Part shown: one piece after another, positions 57,083 through 64,000 of the stretch
Layout of the letters: every line of letters begins with the position of its first letter
How positions within the stretch are numbered: position 1 is the first letter of the stretch
Source of the DNA: Eledone cirrhosa
Lineage: Eukaryota
Direction: 5' to 3'
Length of the DNA stretch: 64,000 bases
Assembly: GCA_964016885.1 (NCBI GenBank)
Contig: OZ024744.1
Location: 92,194,001-92,258,000, forward strand
Made by a program: the position numbers and the translations under genes
The notes under the pieces: model-generated
Databases searched by the model: none
What the model was told of the DNA's origin: nothing
Seen by the model: the letters and a program-made list of their open reading frames with translations, nothing else

Positions 57083-60000
57083 TCAGTCATTAGACTGTGG
57101 CCATGCTGGGGCACTGCATTCTTTTACTGGTTTCAGTCATTGGACTGTGGCCATGCTGGGGCACTGCATACTTTTACTGGTTTCAGTCATTGGACTGTGG
57201 CCATGCTGGGGCACTGCATTCTTTTACTGGTTTCAGTCATTGGACTGTGGCCATGCTGGGGCACTGCATTCTTTTACTGGTTTCAGTCATTGGACTGTGG
57301 CCATGCTGGGGCACTGCATTCTTTTACTGGTTTCAGTCATTGGACTGTGGCCATGCTGGGGCACTGCATTCTTTTACTGGTTTCAGTCATTAGACTGTGG
57401 CCATGCTGGAGCACTGCCTTCTTTTACTGGTTTCAGTCATTAGACTGTGGCCATGCTGGGGCACTGCATTCTTTTACTGGTTTCAGTCATTAGACTGTGG
57501 CCATGCTGGGGCACTGCATTCTTTTAGTGGTTTCAGTCATTGGACTGTGGCCATGCTGGGGCACTGCATTCTTTTACTGGTTTCAGTCATTGGACTGTGG
57601 CCATGCTGGGGCACTGCATTCTTTTACTGGTTTCAGTCATTAGACTGTGGCCATGCTGGGGCACTGCATTCTTTTACTGGTTTCAGTCATTGGACTGTGG
57701 CCATGCTGGGGCACTGCATTCTTTTACTGGTTTCAGTCATTGGACTGTGGCCATGCTGGGGCACTGCATTCTTTTACTGGTTTCAGTCATTGGACTGTGG
57801 CCATGCTGGGGCACTGCATTCTTTTACTGGTTTCAGTCATTAGACTGTGGCCATGCTGGAGCACTGCCTTCTTTTAGTGGTTTCAGTCATTAGACTGTGG
57901 CCATGCTGGGGCACTGCATTCTTTTACTGGTTTCAGTCATTAGACTGTGGCCATGCTGGGGCACTGCATTCTTTTACTGGTTTCAGTCATTGGACTGTGG
58001 CCATGCTGGGGCACTGCATTCTTTTACTGGTTTCAGTCATTGGACTGTGGCCATGCTGGGGCACTGCATTCTTTTACTGGTTTCAGTCATTGGACTGTGG
58101 CCATGCTGGGGCACTGCATTCTTTTACTGGTTTCAGTCATTAGACTGTGGCCATGCTGGAGCACTGCCTTCTTTTACTGGTTTCAGTCATTAGACTGTGG
58201 CCATGCTGGGGCACTGCATTCTTTTACTGGTTTCAGTCATTAGACTGTGGCCATGCTGGGGCACTGCATTCTTTTACTGGTTTCAGTCATTAGACTGTGG
58301 CCATGCTGGGACACTGCATTTTTTACTGGTTTCAGTCATTGGACTGTGGCCATGCTGGGGCACTGCATTCTTTTACTGGTTTCAGTCATTAGACTGTGGC
58401 CATGCTGGGGCACTGCATTATTTTACTGGTTTCAGTCATTAGACTGTGGCCATGCTGGGGCACTGCATTCTTTTACTGGTTTCAGTCATTAGACTGTGGC
58501 CATGCTGGGGCACTGCATTCTTTTACTGGTTTCAGTCATTAGACTGTGGCCATGCTGGGGCACTGCATTCTTTTACTGGTTTCAGTCATTGGACTGTGGC
58601 CATGCTGGGGCACTGCATTATTTTACTGGTTTCAGTCATTGGACTGTGGCCATGCTGGGGCACTGCATTCTTTTACTGGTTTCAGTCATTGGACTGTGGC
58701 CATGCTGGGGCACTGCATTCTTTTACTGGTTCCAGTCATTGGACTGTGGCCATGCTGGGGCACTGCATTCTTTTACTAGTTTCAGTCATTGGACTGTGGC
58801 CATGCTGGGGCACTGCATTCTTTTACTGGTTCCAGTCATTGGACTGTGGCCATGCTGGGGCACTGCATTCTTTTACTAGTTTCAGTCATTGGACTGTGGC
58901 CATGCTGGGGCACTGCATTCTTTTACTGGTTCCAGTCATTGGACTGTGGCCATGCTGGGGCACTGCATTCTTTTACTGGTTTCAGTCATTAGACTGTGGC
59001 CATGCTGGAGCACTGCCTTCTTTTACTGGTTTCAGTCATTAGACTGTGGCCATGCTGGGGCACTGCATTCTTTTACTGGTTTCAGTCATTAGACTGTGGC
59101 CATGCTGGGGCACTGCATTCTTTTAGTGGTTTCAGTCATTGGACTGTGGCCATGCTGGGGCACTGCATTCTTTTACTGGTTTCAGTCATTGGACTGTGGC
59201 CATGCTGGGGCACTGCATTCTTTTACTGGTTTCAGTCATTAGACTGTGGCCATGCTGGGGCACTGCATTCTTTTACTGGTTTCAGTCATTGGACTGTGGC
59301 CATGCTGGGGCACTGCATTCTTTTACTGGTTTCAGTCATTGGACTGTGGCCATGCTGGGGCACTGCATTCTTTTACTGGTTTCAGTCATTGGACTGTGGC
59401 CATGCTGGGGCACTGCATTCTTTTACTGGTTTCAGTCATTAGACTGTGGCCATGCTGGAGCACTGCCTTCTTTTAGTGGTTTCAGTCATTAGACTGTGGC
59501 CATGCTGGGGCACTGCATTCTTTTACTGGTTTCAGTCATTAGACTGTGGCCATGCTGGGGCACTGCATTCTTTTACTGGTTTCAGTCATTGGACTGTGGC
59601 CATGCTGGGGCACTGCATTCTTTTACTGGTTTCAGTCATTGGACTGTGGCCATGCTGGGGCACTGCATTCTTTTACTGGTTTCAGTCATTGGACTGTGGC
59701 CATGCTGGGGCACTGCCTTCTTTTACTGGTTTCAGTCATTAGACTGTGGCCATGCTGGGGCACTGCATTCTTTTACTGGTATCAGTCATTGGACTGTGGC
59801 CATGCTGGTGCACTGCCTTCTTTTACTGGTTTCAGTCATTAGACTGTGGCCATGGTGGGGCACTGCATTCTTTTACTGGTTTCAGTCATTAGACTCTGGC
59901 CATGTTGGGGCACTGCATTCTTTTACTGGTTTCAGTCATTGGACTGTGGCCATGCTGGGACACTGCCTTCTTTTACTGGTTTCTGTCATTAGACTGTGGC

Positions 60001-63000
60001 CATGCTGGGGCACTGCATTATTTCACTGGTTTCTGTCATTAGACTGTGGCCATACTGGGGCACTGCCTTCTTTTACTGGTTTCAGTCATTAGACTGTTGC
60101 CATGCTGGGGCACTGCATTCTTTTACTGGTTTCAGTCATTGGAATGTGGCCATGCTGGGGCACTGCTTCTTTTACTGGTTTCAGTCATTAGACTGTGGCC
60201 ATGCTGGGGCACTGCATTCTTTTACTGGTATCAGTCATTGGACTGTGGCCATGCTGGGGCACTGCATTCTTCTACTGGTTTCAGTCATTGGATAGTGGCC
60301 ATGCTGGGGCACTGCCTTCTTTTACTGGTTTCAGTCATTGGACTGTGGCCATGCTGGGGCACTGCATTCTTTTACTGGTTTCAGTCATTAGACTGTGGCC
60401 ATGCTGGGGCACTGCCTTCTTTTACTGGTTTCAGTCATTAGACTGTGGCCATGCTGGAGCACTGCTTCTTTTACTGGTTTCAGTCATTGGACTGTGGCCA
60501 TGCTGGGGCACTTTCTTCTTTTACTGGTTTCAGTCATTAGACTGTGGCCATGCTGGGGCACTGCCTTCTTTTACTGGTTTCAGTCATTAGACTGTGGCCA
60601 TGCTGGAGCACTGCTTCTTTTACTGGTTTCAGTCATTGGACTGTGGCCATGCTGGGGCACTTTCTTCTTTTACTGGTTTCAGTCATTAGACTGTGGCCAT
60701 GCTGGGGCACTACATTCTTTTACTGGTTTCAGTCATTAAACTGTGGCCATGCTGGGGCACTGCCTTCTTTTACTGGTTTCAGTCATTAGACTGTGGCCAT
60801 GCTGGGGCACTGCCTTCTTTTACTGGTTTCAGTCATTAGACTCTGGCCATGCTGGGGCACTGCCTTCTTTTACTGGTTTCAGTCATTGGACTGTGGCCAT
60901 GCTGGGGCACTGCCTTCTTTTACTGGTTTCAGTCATTGGACTGTGGCCATGCTGGGGCACTGCTTCTTTTACTGGTTTCAGTCATTGGACTGTGGTCATG
61001 CTGGGGCACTTTCTTCTTTTACTGGTTTCAGTCATTAGACTGTGGCCATGCTGGGGCACTACATTCTTTTACTGGTTTCAGTCATTAAACTGTGGCCATG
61101 CTGGGGCACTGCCTTCTTTTACTGGTTTCAGTCATTAGACTGTGGCCATGCTGGGGCACTGCATTCTTTTACTGGTTTCAGTCATTAGACTGTGGCCATG
61201 CTGGGGCACTGCATTCTTTTACTGGTTTCAGTCATTGGACTGTGGCCATGCTGGGGCACTGCATTCTTTTACTGGTTTCAGTCATTGGACTGTGGCCATG
61301 CTGGGGCACTGCATTCTTTTACTGGTTTCAGTCATTGGACTGTGGCCATGCTGGGGCACTGCATTCTTTTACTGGTTTCAGTCATTAGACTGTGGCCATG
61401 CTGGAGCACTGCCTTCTTTTACTGGTTTCAGTCATTAGACTGTGGCCATGCTGGGGCACTGCATTCTTTTACTGGTTTCAGTCATTAGACTGTGGCCATG
61501 CTGGGGCACTGCATTCTTTTACTGGTTTCAGTCATTAGACTGTGGCCATGCTGGGACACTGCATTTTTTACTGGTTTCAGTCATTGGACTGTGGCCATGC
61601 TGGGGCACTGCATTCTTTTACTGGTTTCAGTCATTAGACTGTGGCCATGCTGGGGCACTGCATTCTTTTACTGGTTTCAGTCATTAGACTGTGGCCATGC
61701 TGGGGCACTGCATTCTTTTACTGGTTTCAGTCATTAGACTGTGGCCATGCTGGGGCACTGCATTCTTTTACTGGTTTCAGTCATTAGACTGTGGCCATGC
61801 TGGGGCACTGCATTCTTTTACTGGTTTCAGTCATTGGACTGTGGCCATGCTGGGGCACTGCATTATTTTACTGGTTTCAGTCATTGGACTGTGGCCATGC
61901 TGGGGCACTGCATTCTTTTACTGGTTTCAGTCATTGGACTGTGGCCATGCTGGGGCACTGCATTCTTTTACTGGTTCCAGTCATTGGACTGTGGCCATGC
62001 TGGGGCACTGCATTCTTTTACTAGTTTCAGTCATTGGACTGTGGCCATGCTGGGGCACTGCATTCTTTTACTGGTTCCAGTCATTGGACTGTGGCCATGC
62101 TGGGGCACTGCATTCTTTTACTAGTTTCAGTCATTGGACTGTGGCCATGCTGGGGCACTGCATTCTTTTACTGGTTCCAGTCATTGGACTGTGGCCATGC
62201 TGGGGCACTGCATTCTTCTACTGGTTTCAGTCATTAGACTGTGGCCATGCTGGAGCACTGCCTTCTTTTACTGGTTTCAGTCATTAGACTGTGGCCATGC
62301 TGGGGCACTGCATTCTTTTACTGGTTTCAGTCATTAGACTGTGGCCATGCTGGGGCACTGCATTCTTTTAGTGGTTTCAGTCATTGGACTGTGGCCATGC
62401 TGGGGCACTGCATTCTTTTACTGGTTTCAGTCATTGGACTGTGGCCATGCTGGGGCACTGCATTCTTTTACTGGTTTCAGTCATTAGACTGTGGCCATGC
62501 TGGGGCACTGCATTCTTTTACTGGTTTCAGTCATTGGACTGTGGCCATGCTGGGGCACTGCATTCTTTTACTGGTTTCAGTCATTGGACTGTGGCCATGC
62601 TGGGGCACTGCATTCTTTTACTGGTTTCAGTCATTGGACTGTGGCCATGCTGGGGCACTGCATTCTTTTACTGGTTTCAGTCATTAGACTGTGGCCATGC
62701 TGGAGCACTGCCTTCTTTTAGTGGTTTCAGTCATTAGACTGTGGCCATGCTGGGGCACTGCATTCTTTTACTGGTTTCAGTCATTAGACTGTGGCCATGC
62801 TGGGGCACTGCATTCTTTTACTGGTTTCAGTCATTGGACTGTGGCCATGCTGGGGCACTGCATTCTTTTACTGGTTTCAGTCATTGGACTGTGGCCATGC
62901 TGGGGCACTGCATTCTTTTACTGGTTTCAGTCATTGGACTGTGGCCATGCTGGGGCACTGCCTTCTTTTACTGGTTTCAGTCATTAGACTGTGGCCATGC

Positions 63001-64000
63001 TGGGGCACTGCATTCTTTTACTGGTATCAGTCATTGGACTGTGGCCATGCTGGTGCACTGCCTTCTTTTACTGGTTTCAGTCATTAGACTGTGGCCATGG
63101 TGGGGCACTGCATTCTTTTACTGGTTTCAGTCATTAGACTCTGGCCATGTTGGGGCACTGCATTCTTTTACTGGTTTCAGTCATTGGACTGTGGCCATGC
63201 TGGGACACTGCCTTCTTTTACTGGTTTCTGTCATTAGACTGTGGCCATGCTGGGGCACTGCATTATTTCACTGGTTTCTGTCATTAGACTGTGGCCATAC
63301 TGGGGCACTGCCTTCTTTTACTGGTTTCAGTCATTAGACTGTTGCCATGCTGGGGCACTGCATTCTTTTACTGGTTTCAGTCATTGGAATGTGGCCATGC
63401 TGGGGCACTGCTTCTTTTACTGGTTTCAGTCATTAGACTGTGGCCATGCTGGGGCACTGCATTCTTTTACTGGTATCAGTCATTGGACTGTGGCCATGCT
63501 GGGGCACTGCATTCTTCTACTGGTTTCAGTCATTGGATAGTGGCCATGCTGGGGCACTGCCTTCTTTTACTGGTTTCAGTCATTGGACTGTGGCCATGCT
63601 GGGGCACTGCATTCTTTTACTGGTTTCAGTCATTAGACTGTGGCCATGCTGGGGCACTGCCTTCTTTTACTGGTTTCAGTCATTAGACTGTGGCCATGCT
63701 GGAGCACTGCTTCTTTTACTGGTTTCAGTCATTGGACTGTGGCCATGCTGGGGCACTTTCTTCTTTTACTGGTTTCAGTCATTAGACTGTGGCCATGCTG
63801 GGGCACTGCCTTCTTTTACTGGTTTCAGTCATTAGACTGTGGCCATGCTGGAGCACTGCTTCTTTTACTGGTTTCAGTCATTGGACTGTGGCCATGCTGG
63901 GGCACTTTCTTCTTTTACTGGTTTCAGTCATTAGACTGTGGCCATGCTGGGGCACTACATTCTTTTACTGGTTTCAGTCATTAAACTGTGGCCATGCTGG
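57083..64000. repeat. 50-bp satellite (TTTCAGTCATTRGACTGTGGCCATGCTGGGGCACTGCATTCTTTTACTGG) with 1599- and 3245-bp higher-order periods; runs off the window
   Basis: Period is 50. Variant patterns recur at +3245 (58446/61691, 59496/62741) and +1599 (57397/58996). Confidence 0.96.

Noticed and set aside
57045-64000. Many repetitive ORFs or a CRISPR-like periodic array
   Set aside because: Contiguous 50-bp tandem units have no unique spacers, the context is eukaryotic, and the ORFs are frame-cycling artefacts.

Overview
Repeat-saturated animal genomic DNA. The SINE repertoire and microsatellite load point to an octopod cephalopod (inference). No confidently callable host protein gene. Contents: a decayed RTE-clade LINE, two tandem decayed Tx1/L1-clade LINEs in a GA/GATA microsatellite, a Penelope-like element (PLE) fragment with a GIY-YIG endonuclease and an ~850-bp inversion, many tRNA-derived SINEs, and mariner/hAT/TTAA MITEs. 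There are also Helitron-like ends and two large satellites with higher-order periods (53-bp unit with 5673-bp period; 50-bp unit with 3245-bp period). The main hidden signal: many of the short 'unique' islands between (TA)n tracts are non-coding mini-elements carrying type I hammerhead ribozymes. I found 8 full motifs from about 7 unrelated families, plus about 6 half or decayed motifs. They show 5' inversions, fold-backs centred on ribozyme stem II, partial-tandem units (438 and 617 nt) suggestive of circular RNA templates, and one island with ribozymes on both strands. This looks like a (TA)n-targeted retrozyme/mini-PLE system. All folds were read by eye; none was computed or tested.
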